Shown one piece after another: positions 1-9,279 of a DNA stretch of 64,000 bases. The notes below the pieces were generated by a model. That model searched no databases, was not told the DNA's origin, and saw only the letters and a program-made list of their open reading frames with translations. The stretch comes from Syntrophales bacterium (GTDB taxonomy: Bacteria; Desulfobacterota; Syntrophia; Syntrophales; UBA4778). Within the stretch, counting starts at the first letter, position 1; every line of letters starts with the position of its first letter. The stretch lies in the NCBI GenBank assembly GCA_963665615.2, contig CAXXQE010000006.1, positions 62,001 to 126,000 on the forward strand. The letters are read 5' to 3'. The position numbers and the translations under genes were made by a program.

Positions 1-548
1 TCGCGCTTTCTCATCTCCTCTTGAACAGTTGATAATTCGACACGATCCTGTTTATCCTTCAATTCAAGGTAGCGCCTTTTGCTTCTCTCCAGTTCATCGG
101 CATCTAGATAGAATTTCACATCGGCCTCCGGAAAGACGATCGTCCCCATATCCCTCCCTTCCGCAACAATACCCTTACCCTGTGCGGCTGTTCTCTGAAT
201 TGTCAGCAGCGCCGCTCGTACAGAAGGAATCGCTGAAACTGTTGAGGCGAGCATCCCGATTTCCGGTGTCCGAATCTTATCGCTAACGTCTCTTCCGTCC
301 AGAATGACCTTCATTGCGCCGCCTTCATTACGAAAGACAATCGAGGTCTGACGCGCGAGATCTCCGACGCGCCCTTCATCGGCCGTGTTGACACGCAACT
401 CGGAAACCTTGAGGGCAAGTGCCCGATAGATGGCGCCCGTGTCCAAATACCGGTAGTTCAATCGCTGCGCCAATAGCCTTCCCACCGTACTCTTTCCTGC
501 ACCGCCTGGGCCATCAATTGTAATAATCTTCCGTCGTTGCTCTTCCAT
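1..548 (-). CDS. cmk: Cytidylate kinase (3' end runs off the window)
   Basis: Not in the ORF track. Manual translation from ATG at 548 gives MEEQRRKIITIDGPGGAGKSTVGRLLAQRLNYRYLDTGAIYRA, with the P-loop and the YLDTGAxYR signature of Cmk. Confidence 0.93.
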   Translation of the reverse strand, partial: MEEQRRKIITIDGPGGAGKSTVGRLLAQRLNYRYLDTGAIYRALALKVSELRVNTADEGRVGDLARQTSIVFRNEGGAMKVILDGRDVSDKIRTPEIGMLASTVSAIPSVRAALLTIQRTAAQGKGIVAEGRDMGTIVFPEADVKFYLDADELERSKRRYLELKDKQDRVELSTVQEEMRKR

Positions 549-755
549 GAGAGAACCTCTTCCCGAACAGAATCATAGGACATGGGTTCACACATATCAC
601 ATTATATAAAAGACACAACAGATGATACCGACAACGCCCAGGAATAAGCTTCGAAAAGCTCCGTTCCTTTTCCTCCTCTTGCTTTTCACGAATAAAAGGG
701 ATAGGATTCGACCCCAGTCAGCTCCATCATTTCACTTTCAGGTTTAAACGAGTTT

Positions 756-2222
756 ATGAAAACGCATCCATTTCCGTTCAAGTCCGATAGATCCATCACG
801 ATCGCTTCCTTCCTGACCCGTTTCTGCCTCATCCCTCTTCTGATATCCTTATGGATTGGCCAGAGTTGTTTCGCTCTTTCGCCGGAAGATGAACGCAACA
901 TCGGCAAAGAGTTATACGATAAGCTGCGGAAGCAAAATCAACTGATCGAAGATACGCGGGTGAACGCTTACGTTTCACAGATCGGACAGAAGATCCTTCA
1001 GCAGAGCACCCAAACCCGCTACTATGATTTCCATTTTTCCGTTGTCAACAACTCGGCCATCAATGCCTTTGCCACTCCGGGCGGCTATGTTTATATCAAT
1101 AAAGGCCTGATTGATCTCATCGAAAGTGAAAGTGAACTCGCCGGGGTGCTCGCGCACGAAATATCACACGTTACGTGCAGACATATCGCCCAGCAGTATG
1201 AAAAGTCAAAAAAGATCAGCATGGCAACGTTAGCCGCTATTCTGGCTGGCGCCGTTCTTGGAGGCGCCGGAGGCGGGGACGTCGCCATGGTTTCGATCGC
1301 CGCAGCCGGGACGCTTCAATTGAAATACAGTCGGGAAAACGAAGAAGAAGCCGACAGGATGGGCATGCAATTGCTCACCGCGACCGGATATGACGGTGCG
1401 GGTATGTTGAATCTGCTTAAGATCATGAAAAGCTTCGAGTTCTATTCAAAAACGATCCCCTCTTATTTCCTGACACATCCCGGAACGGATGAGCGTATCC
1501 GTTATATCGACGGGCTTTTGCAAACACGCTATAAGTCACGGGGATCAATGGCAATCTTCGGTGGTTTGCCAAGAATCCAGACCCTGCTGCTGCTCTCTGA
1601 AAAAGACACTGACGCCGCGCAGGCCAAATTCGAGGCCCTGCTCAAAAAAGATCCGGATCATATCGATGCCCTCTACGGTCTGGGCATGATTCGAAGCCGA
1701 TCGGGACGGACCAGCGACGCTATGCAGCTATTCACGAGGGCGCTCGCACTAGCCCCCGACGACATCGACATCCTGCGCGGGACGGGGATCGCCTATTTCA
1801 ACGTCGGAAATATACCGCAGGCCGTGGACTACCTCCGGAAGGCCTATGCTTTGGACGACCACGATGAGCAGACGATCCTCTATCTGGCCCGTTCTTACGA
1901 AGAAACCTCGGACGCCAAAACCGCCTTGAGACTCTATCTCGACCTTCTGAAAGTCAAACCGGACGACCCCAATCTGTTCTACCGTCTGGGAATGACCTAT
2001 GGCATGGTGGGTAAACAGGGAGAGTCTCATTACTATTTTGGTCTTTTCAACAAAAAAAAAGAAAAGCATGAAACAGCGACTTACCACTTTAAAGAAGCTC
2101 TGAAATATCTGCCGACCGATAGTGAGCTATATGGCACGATCCAGAGAGCAATCGAAGACCTGAAACCAAAACCGAACCCCTTTGACGATGATCATCGTCG
2201 TACCAAGCCCAAGTCTTCATGA
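756..2222 (+). CDS. M48 family zinc metalloprotease with C-terminal TPR repeats (BepA/YfgC-like)
   Basis: INAFATPGG, AHEISH (HExxH), YSRENEEEAD and THP motifs, TPR-like C-terminus, N-terminal signal-like segment. Confidence 0.88.
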   Translation: MKTHPFPFKSDRSITIASFLTRFCLIPLLISLWIGQSCFALSPEDERNIGKELYDKLRKQNQLIEDTRVNAYVSQIGQKILQQSTQTRYYDFHFSVVNNSAINAFATPGGYVYINKGLIDLIESESELAGVLAHEISHVTCRHIAQQYEKSKKISMATLAAILAGAVLGGAGGGDVAMVSIAAAGTLQLKYSRENEEEADRMGMQLLTATGYDGAGMLNLLKIMKSFEFYSKTIPSYFLTHPGTDERIRYIDGLLQTRYKSRGSMAIFGGLPRIQTLLLLSEKDTDAAQAKFEALLKKDPDHIDALYGLGMIRSRSGRTSDAMQLFTRALALAPDDIDILRGTGIAYFNVGNIPQAVDYLRKAYALDDHDEQTILYLARSYEETSDAKTALRLYLDLLKVKPDDPNLFYRLGMTYGMVGKQGESHYYFGLFNKKKEKHETATYHFKEALKYLPTDSELYGTIQRAIEDLKPKPNPFDDDHRRTKPKSS

Positions 2223-3571
2223 AGCGCATCCTGCTAATCAATCCCTGGATCTATGACTTTGCCGCCTACGATCTGTGGATGAAACCGATGGGACTGCTGT
2301 CGCTCGGTGCCATTCTGAGGAATAACGGCTTCGACATCAACTTCATCGACTGCCTCGATCCGCACGGCGTGGATCCCGGCACGCCGTCTGCCGCACGCTT
2401 GCCGAAGCGAAAACCATCCGGTCGAGGACATTTCCTTAAAGATCGGGTTCCAAAACCAAAAACCCTCGGTAACATCCGACGACACTACCACCGGTTTGGC
2501 ATATCGACGGAACGCTTCCAAACCCTTCTGGAAAATCAGCCAAGACCTGACCTCGTCATGGTAACATCCATGATGACTTACTGGTACCAGGGGGTCATTG
2601 AGGCGATCGCCACCGTCCGTAAAACCTTTCCAGGCGCCCCCGTCATTCTCGGCGGAAATTACGCGAGTCTTTGTCCAGACCATGCAAGAAAAAATTCCGG
2701 TGCCGATGACATCGTCGAGGGAGAAGGCGAATACGCGCTAACCGCCCTCGTCAGGAAATACCTGCACACGGATGTAACCTTGCCATCCGACCTGACGCAG
2801 TTAGATGCCCTCCCTTACCCTGCCTTCGATTTGATCGACAAGGTCGAACAGATCCCCCTTCTGGCCTCCAGGGGCTGTCCGTTTAAATGCACCTATTGCG
2901 CCTCGGGGATTCTGAACCGTATGCCATTTCGCCACCGCGAACCCTCTCTGGTCGTTGACGAAATCGAATACTGGCATCGTCGGTTCGGCGTCCGTCACTT
3001 CGCCTTCTACGACGACGCCCTGCTGATTGATGCAGAGGGCTCCATTGTTCCGATGCTTAGGCAACTCATTGATCGAAAGCTCAGCTGTCATTTTCACTGC
3101 CCAAACGGCCTTCACCTCCAGGAAGTGACGCCCGAACTGGCCTGCCTGATATACCACGCCGGTTTTAAAACCATGCGTTTCGGCTTTGAAACGGCAGACA
3201 TCGAGCGACAGGCACAGACAGGCGGGAAGGTCCGCACCGATCATCTCGCAAAAGCCGCCCGCTGTCTCCATGAGGCCGGATACGCCCCACAGGAGATCGG
3301 CGTCTATCTGCTCTGCGGCCTGCCGGGGCAGCAGCCCTCAGAAATCAGGATGAGCATAGAACTTGTGCAGTCTGTCGGATGCAGACCGATTCTTGCGGAA
3401 TATTCACCGATCCCGGGAACGGCGCTCTGGAAGGACGCCGTCGAAAGCTCGCCGTGGAACATCGCGGAAGAGCCCCTTTTCCACAACAATACGCTCCTGC
3501 CGTGCCGGGCGCCGGAGCTGACAGACGAAGTTTATGACGATCTGAAAAGACTGACAAGATTACCGCTATGA
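2219..3571 (+). CDS. Cobalamin-binding domain radical SAM protein
   Basis: N-terminal B12-binding-like region (KPMGLLSL...ILGGNYAS) and SRGCPFKCTYC CxxxCxxC motif. Overlaps the previous stop (ATGA). Confidence 0.85.
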   Translation: MKRILLINPWIYDFAAYDLWMKPMGLLSLGAILRNNGFDINFIDCLDPHGVDPGTPSAARLPKRKPSGRGHFLKDRVPKPKTLGNIRRHYHRFGISTERFQTLLENQPRPDLVMVTSMMTYWYQGVIEAIATVRKTFPGAPVILGGNYASLCPDHARKNSGADDIVEGEGEYALTALVRKYLHTDVTLPSDLTQLDALPYPAFDLIDKVEQIPLLASRGCPFKCTYCASGILNRMPFRHREPSLVVDEIEYWHRRFGVRHFAFYDDALLIDAEGSIVPMLRQLIDRKLSCHFHCPNGLHLQEVTPELACLIYHAGFKTMRFGFETADIERQAQTGGKVRTDHLAKAARCLHEAGYAPQEIGVYLLCGLPGQQPSEIRMSIELVQSVGCRPILAEYSPIPGTALWKDAVESSPWNIAEEPLFHNNTLLPCRAPELTDEVYDDLKRLTRLPL

Positions 3572-3662
3572 CGGCGCACGAGTCAAAGCGACAACACATT
3601 GGTTCCCTGTAGCCGACCTGAGTCGCAACACGGCAGACGAAATCTGGCTCGCAGGCTTCTTC

Positions 3663-3690
3663 TCGTTACTTGTAACTTGTTACTCGTGAC
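3663..3690. repeat. Degenerate 7-bp tandem repeat, 4 units
   Basis: TCGTTAC TTGTAAC TTGTTAC TCGTGAC read directly from the intergenic sequence. Confidence 0.6.
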
Positions 3691-3735
3691 TTGCTCTAAT
3701 CGCGTCACTATTTTCATAGGGAAGAAAGGTGGCAC

Positions 3736-3981
3736 ATGCCCGCCCTGAAATCAAAAATCGCCTGCTGGTTCAAACCCGTTCTGATCGGCGTCGCCGCGCT
3801 CTTCTTTCTCCTGCTGGGCGTGGATACCCTTCGCTTCGCATACACCCTCAAGCACCCTGTTGAATTCCTCCTGTGCTTCTTCGCCTCCAATCTGATCATC
3901 CTCATCAGCGGCGTCGGATGCCTTTACGCCGTCTTCGCGATCAGAAAAGCAAAACAAGAGGAACACCATCTCAGGCCATGA
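3736..3981 (+). CDS. Small two-TM membrane protein of unknown function
   Basis: 81 aa with two hydrophobic segments, AAAGGTGG RBS-like upstream, ends 4 nt before the M16 gene. Confidence 0.65.
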   Translation: MPALKSKIACWFKPVLIGVAALFFLLLGVDTLRFAYTLKHPVEFLLCFFASNLIILISGVGCLYAVFAIRKAKQEEHHLRP

Positions 3982-3985
3982 CCCC

Positions 3986-5518
3986 ATGAAACGCACCCTC
4001 TTCACCTGTACTGCCACCGTCCTATTGAGCCTTATACTGCTCGTAGCGTCAATGCCAAGCCATGCCGCTTTGACAGATCGTCTGGATAAAATGGTAAAGA
4101 AGTTCACACTGCCAAACGGTCTCACCATTCTGATTGTCGAACGACCGGTCAGTCCCACGGTTTCTTTTCAAATCTCGCACCGGGTGGGCGGCGCGGACGA
4201 TCCCCCCGGCAAGACCGGGCTGGCACACTTTCTCGAACACATGCTCTTCAAGGGCACGCAGACCGTCGGATCCCGGGACTACGCCAAGGAGTCAGAGATT
4301 CTCGACCGGATGTTCTCCGCCGGCACCGCGCTGGATGCCGAAAAGCGGAAAGGAACCGGCGCCGACCCCGAGACGATTCGACGCTATGAACGCAACCTTG
4401 AGGAGGCGCAGCGGGATGCTGGCGCCTTCGCAATCAAAAACGAGATCCACCGTCTGTACACCGAAAACGGGGGCGTCGGAACCAATGCCGCGACGGGACA
4501 AGACATGACTTCTTATACCGTCAGTCTGCCGGCCAACAAGATCGAGCTCTGGTCGCGCATCGAGGCCGACCGAATGTCCCATCCCGTCTTTCGGGAATTT
4601 TATTCGGAAAGAAACGTGGTCCGTGAGGAGAGGCGTCAGAGCGTCGAGGCAAATCCCGAGCGCATCCTGATGGAAGCGTTTCTAAGGGCAGCCTTTGTCG
4701 TCCACCCTTACGGCCGCCCCGTTATCGGCCTGCCTGAGGATATCGCCTTTCTCGACATCGACAGTCTGGAGCGTTTTTTCAGAGACCGCTACGCCCCGAA
4801 CAATACGGTAATCGCTGTCGCCGGCAGCGTTTCCGCACCGGCGCTCATGAGCTTGATCGAAAGGTATTTCGGACCAATTGCGCGTCACACAGCCCCCTTA
4901 TCGGCTGCCATTCCGGAAGAACCGCTTCAGACAGCCGAACGACACATCAGCGTCTCGCTCGATGCCAATCCGCAGTTGATCATCGGATACCATAAGCCAA
5001 ACTTGCTGCATCCGGACGACGCAGTTTTCGATGTCATTGAAGCGATTCTCTCCAGCGGTAGAACAGCACGACTCGATCAGGCCCTGGTCGAACGACAGCA
5101 ACTCGTCCAACGTGTCAACGCCGTCAACGGCCTGCCTGGCAACCGCTACCCGAACCTCTTCGCCATTCTCGCCACACCCAGAAAACCCCATACCGTCGAT
5201 GAAACGCAGAAGGCGATCGCTCGGGAACTCGATCGGCTTAAAGAGGCCCCCGTTTCTCAGAAGGAACTTGAAAAGGTCAAGAACCGGATGAGAATGGACT
5301 TCCTGCTGAGCCTCAAAGACAACGAGGACATCGCAAAGATCATCGCCGCCGGCGAGTGCCTGGCTGGCGACTTTAACTTCGCGGAAAGGCGACTGGCTCA
5401 GATCGAGGCCGTCACCCCTCAGGACATCCTTCGGGTCTGCCGACAATACCTGATCGAAACCAACCGGACGGTTGCGATTCTCGAACCTGCGAATCAGAAC
5501 AATGGGGGGGGGCCATGA
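3986..5518 (+). CDS. M16 family zinc peptidase, catalytic subunit
   Basis: GLAHFLEHMLFKGT (HxxEH), NAATGQDMTSY, HPYGRPVIG, signal peptide. Confidence 0.92.
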   Translation: MKRTLFTCTATVLLSLILLVASMPSHAALTDRLDKMVKKFTLPNGLTILIVERPVSPTVSFQISHRVGGADDPPGKTGLAHFLEHMLFKGTQTVGSRDYAKESEILDRMFSAGTALDAEKRKGTGADPETIRRYERNLEEAQRDAGAFAIKNEIHRLYTENGGVGTNAATGQDMTSYTVSLPANKIELWSRIEADRMSHPVFREFYSERNVVREERRQSVEANPERILMEAFLRAAFVVHPYGRPVIGLPEDIAFLDIDSLERFFRDRYAPNNTVIAVAGSVSAPALMSLIERYFGPIARHTAPLSAAIPEEPLQTAERHISVSLDANPQLIIGYHKPNLLHPDDAVFDVIEAILSSGRTARLDQALVERQQLVQRVNAVNGLPGNRYPNLFAILATPRKPHTVDETQKAIARELDRLKEAPVSQKELEKVKNRMRMDFLLSLKDNEDIAKIIAAGECLAGDFNFAERRLAQIEAVTPQDILRVCRQYLIETNRTVAILEPANQNNGGGP

Positions 5519-6939
5519 TTAAACGCCTTTTCGCAATATGGGCTCTCCTCTGTCTTGTATTAATCGGAGCCTATGCCTCCGCTGCGGATTCCCTGATCCC
5601 CCCGGACCGCATCCAGGATCCACCCCTTCATTTTGACGCGCCTAAAATCGAACGGACGGTTCTGCAAAACGGCATCCATCTGTTGATAACAGAAGACCGC
5701 GAACTGCCGGTCATACGGATGACAGCCCTTGTCCGGGCCGGATCGATGTATGACCCGCCAGGGCAGGAAGGTCTGTCTGAGATGACGGCGGCGCTTCTCC
5801 GAACGGGCGGCGCCGCCTCAAAAAGCGCAGACCGGGTCGATCAGGAAATCGACTTCCGCGCAGCGGATATTTCTTTTATCAGTACCCTGGAGCTTTGCAC
5901 GGCCGATCTGACCTTTCACAAGCGAGACGCTGCAGCTGTCATGGCACTCTTCTCTCAGATGATCACCATGCCGGCCTTTGAACCAGCCAAACTGGAAAAT
6001 GCCAGAGGCCTGATGCTGGAAGACCTCTCGCGCGTGTATGATCGGCCGCAGTCGCTGGCGTTCAGGGAATTCCGGCGTTTGGTCTATGACGGCAACCCCC
6101 GTGGACGGCTTCCCCGACTCGCATCCATCCGGGCACTCAAACGCGAAGACCTGATCGACTTTCACCGGCAGTTTTTCTTCCCCGCCAACCTCACCCTGGC
6201 CATCACTGGCGACATTACAAAAAACGAAGCCATATCCCTCGTCCAGCAATACTTTGGCGCCTGGCGGGCAGCGGACTCAGCAGCAAAGAGCGTCCCCAAC
6301 CTTGCCCTGCCAAAGCCCCGGACTACGGAGGGCGCCTACTTTATCAATAAAGACCTGCCACAATCAACTGTCTTGATCGGCTATATCACGGGCGGGAAAA
6401 AGGATCCGGACTATTACGCCCTGACCGTACTCGATTTCATCCTCGGCAGCGGCGGCTTCCGGTCGCGTATCACAGCCGAGGTGCGCAACGAAAAGGGCCT
6501 CGCTTACAGCGCAGGCGGCGCCTATTCCCCAAGGGCCGACTTTGGCGTCGTGCAAACCTACGCCATGACCCGGTCTTCCGCAACGGTCCAGGTCGCCTCG
6601 CTGATGCGAACCGCCATCCAATGCCTGCGGGATAAACCTGTCTCGGCTGAGGATCTGTCGTGGGCCACTCGCTCCATCGTCAATAGCTATATCTTCTCGA
6701 TGGAGACGCCGCATCAGATCACGGTGAATCTGGCCATGCTCGACCTCGACGGGATGCCCGGCGACTTTCTCACAACGTTCCCGCAACGGATCGCAAAGGT
6801 AACCGTTCAAGACGTACAACGCGTCGCCAGAAAATATCTTGACCCCACCCAAGCGCTTCTCTTTATACTGGGAAATAAAAACGCGATCCCGGGCCTTTCC
6901 AGCCTGGGAAAGACAACGACCATAGATTGGACCCCCTGA
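5515..6939 (+). CDS. M16 family peptidase-like partner subunit (no HxxEH)
   Basis: M16 fold motifs (LQNGIHL, GSMYDP, EVRNEKGLAYS) without HxxEH. Overlaps the preceding M16 gene. Confidence 0.88.
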   Translation: MIKRLFAIWALLCLVLIGAYASAADSLIPPDRIQDPPLHFDAPKIERTVLQNGIHLLITEDRELPVIRMTALVRAGSMYDPPGQEGLSEMTAALLRTGGAASKSADRVDQEIDFRAADISFISTLELCTADLTFHKRDAAAVMALFSQMITMPAFEPAKLENARGLMLEDLSRVYDRPQSLAFREFRRLVYDGNPRGRLPRLASIRALKREDLIDFHRQFFFPANLTLAITGDITKNEAISLVQQYFGAWRAADSAAKSVPNLALPKPRTTEGAYFINKDLPQSTVLIGYITGGKKDPDYYALTVLDFILGSGGFRSRITAEVRNEKGLAYSAGGAYSPRADFGVVQTYAMTRSSATVQVASLMRTAIQCLRDKPVSAEDLSWATRSIVNSYIFSMETPHQITVNLAMLDLDGMPGDFLTTFPQRIAKVTVQDVQRVARKYLDPTQALLFILGNKNAIPGLSSLGKTTTIDWTP

Positions 6940-6941
6940 CC

Positions 6942-8186
6942 ATGTCTGACGTCACCTCCATCATGAACCGAATCGACTCCTATCGCGACAAGATGGTCCA
7001 CCTGCAGATCGACCTGACGGCCATCCCCGCCCTCGCCCCTGACAGCGGCGGCACGGGCGAATATGATAAGGCCGAGTTTCTCATCGCGACCTTACGCGCC
7101 ATGGGCTTTCAAGATGTCCAACGCTACGACGCCCCCGACAGCCGAGTTCCCTCAGGCATCCGTCCGAATATCGTGGCAACCGTCCCTGGCAAAAGCGGCA
7201 AGGCCGTCTGGATTATGACCCATCTCGATATTGTCCCCCCGGGCGAACGGACCTTCTGGAGCGCCGATCCTTATCAGGCTTATGAGAAAGACGGCAAGGT
7301 CTTCGGACGAGGCACGGAAGACAACCAACAGGACCTCGTTGCGTCGCTCTTCGCGGCCAAGGCCTTTCTGGACGAAGGCATCGCCCCGGAATATACGATT
7401 CGCCTGGCCTTCGTGGCCGACGAGGAGACAGGAAGCGACTATGGCATGACGTGGCTGCTAAACCATGCGCCGGACCTCTTCAAACCGACAGATCTCTATG
7501 TGATTCCCGATTTCGGCAGCGGTGACGGCTCGAAGATCGAGATCGCCGAAAAGAGCCTTCTCTGGGTCTGTTTTAAAACGATCGGGAAGCAGTGTCACGG
7601 GAGTCGACCCGATATCGGCAACAATGCCTTCCGGGCGGCCAGCTATCTGGTCACCGAACTGGACAAGATTCGCACCAACTTTGACCGACGCGACCCGCTT
7701 TTCGAACCGTCGGAGAGCACCTTCGAACCGACGCGCAAAGATGCCAACGTTCCGAACATCAACACCATTCCCGGCGAGGATGTCTTTTGCATGGACTGTC
7801 GCGTTCTGCCGGAGTATCCGCTGACCGATGTCCTGGCGGCCATGCGCCAAGCCGCGGATTACATAGAAAAGACTTTCGGTGTCACTATAGAAATTTCGCC
7901 TGTCCAGTCGGCTCAGGCCCCGCCGCCAACCGGTGAAAATGCCGCGGTCGTCATGAATCTCCGGAGAGCCATCGAGGCCGTGTACGGCATCTCCGCCACG
8001 CCTATCGGAATCGGCGGCGGCACCGTCGCAGCTTGCCTGAGGCGCAAGCTGCTTCCTGCTGCCGTCTGGTGTCGGATCGGAGAGACGGCGCATCAACCCG
8101 ATGAGCATTGCCTCATCGACAACATGGTCGGCAACGCAAAGGTTTACGCCCGCCTCTTTTGGGGGCCAGCCGTCACTGTTGAATAA
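6942..8186 (+). CDS. M20 family metallohydrolase (DapE/ArgE-related)
   Basis: HLDIVP, GRGTEDN, DEETG and AHQPDEH metal-binding motifs. ATG at 6942 chosen as start. Confidence 0.88.
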   Translation: MSDVTSIMNRIDSYRDKMVHLQIDLTAIPALAPDSGGTGEYDKAEFLIATLRAMGFQDVQRYDAPDSRVPSGIRPNIVATVPGKSGKAVWIMTHLDIVPPGERTFWSADPYQAYEKDGKVFGRGTEDNQQDLVASLFAAKAFLDEGIAPEYTIRLAFVADEETGSDYGMTWLLNHAPDLFKPTDLYVIPDFGSGDGSKIEIAEKSLLWVCFKTIGKQCHGSRPDIGNNAFRAASYLVTELDKIRTNFDRRDPLFEPSESTFEPTRKDANVPNINTIPGEDVFCMDCRVLPEYPLTDVLAAMRQAADYIEKTFGVTIEISPVQSAQAPPPTGENAAVVMNLRRAIEAVYGISATPIGIGGGTVAACLRRKLLPAAVWCRIGETAHQPDEHCLIDNMVGNAKVYARLFWGPAVTVE

Positions 8187-8234
8187 TCATTGAGATAATG
8201 GGGTCGGCGTGATAGATTATCGCCCCGTTAATGA

Positions 8235-9266
8235 ATGGCGCAACTATTTCATGACAGCAGGAACGGCGTATCATTGAAATCGGCATCAGACAAATCGGCG
8301 ACCAAAAAAATCACCTTTCCGAATAACGATTGCCTCAGAATCCTTTTCGGCGAACACGACAAGCATATCAAAATCATTGAAAAGCTCGACAAGGTGCACT
8401 TGCAGGTTCTCGGCAATGTGGTCACATTGAATGGCGACCCGCTCAACGTCTCGCTCATCGACAACCTGCTTCATCAACTCTACCGAATGATCGAAAAGGG
8501 ATATCCCCTTTATCCGGCCGATATCAATTATGCCTATCGCATGCTTTGCGAAAATGCCGCCATCGATATTGAAAGCGTTTTCCTCGATACGGTTTTTATC
8601 CCCTCCAAGAAAAAAATCATCGCCCCCAAAAGTGTCTCCCAGAAGACTTATATCGATTCTATCCGGTCGCACGACATGGTCTTCGGGATCGGACCCGCTG
8701 GAACGGGCAAGACCTATCTGGCCATGGCCATGGCGGTCTCCGCCCTTATGGAGAAACAGGTCAGCCGGATCATCCTGGCCCGTCCCGCCATCGAGGCCGG
8801 CGAAAAACTCGGTTTTCTACCGGGAGACATTGCGGAGAAGGTCAATCCGTATCTGCGCCCCCTCTATGACGCCCTTTACGACATGATGGACTTTGACCGG
8901 GCCTCCGCCCTGATCGCCAAGGGGATTATCGAAGTCGCGCCGCTGGCCTTCATGCGCGGTCGAACCTTAAACGACGCCTTCGTTATCCTGGACGAGGCGC
9001 AAAACACGACCAGCGACCAAATGAAGATGTTCCTGACGCGACTCGGATTCGGCTCTAAATCGGTCATTACCGGCGACATCACCCAGACCGACCTGCCCCC
9101 CGAAAAGATCTCCGGTTTGGTCGAGGCCGAGCAGATTTTGGGAAAGATCAAGGCGATCAAGTTTGTTTACTTCACTGAAATTGACGTCGTACGCCACCCT
9201 CTGGTCCAGGACGTTATTCGCGCTTACAGTAGTTACGATCGCGCAAAACAAAAGAAGGAATGCTAG
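8235..9266 (+). CDS. phoH: PhoH family ATPase (YbeZ-like)
   Basis: GPAGTGKTYLA, RPAIEAGEKLGFLPGD, AFMRGRTL, DEAQN, GDITQTDL. Confidence 0.95.
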   Translation: MAQLFHDSRNGVSLKSASDKSATKKITFPNNDCLRILFGEHDKHIKIIEKLDKVHLQVLGNVVTLNGDPLNVSLIDNLLHQLYRMIEKGYPLYPADINYAYRMLCENAAIDIESVFLDTVFIPSKKKIIAPKSVSQKTYIDSIRSHDMVFGIGPAGTGKTYLAMAMAVSALMEKQVSRIILARPAIEAGEKLGFLPGDIAEKVNPYLRPLYDALYDMMDFDRASALIAKGIIEVAPLAFMRGRTLNDAFVILDEAQNTTSDQMKMFLTRLGFGSKSVITGDITQTDLPPEKISGLVEAEQILGKIKAIKFVYFTEIDVVRHPLVQDVIRAYSSYDRAKQKKEC

Positions 9267-9279
9267 GCGATCCACTGCC

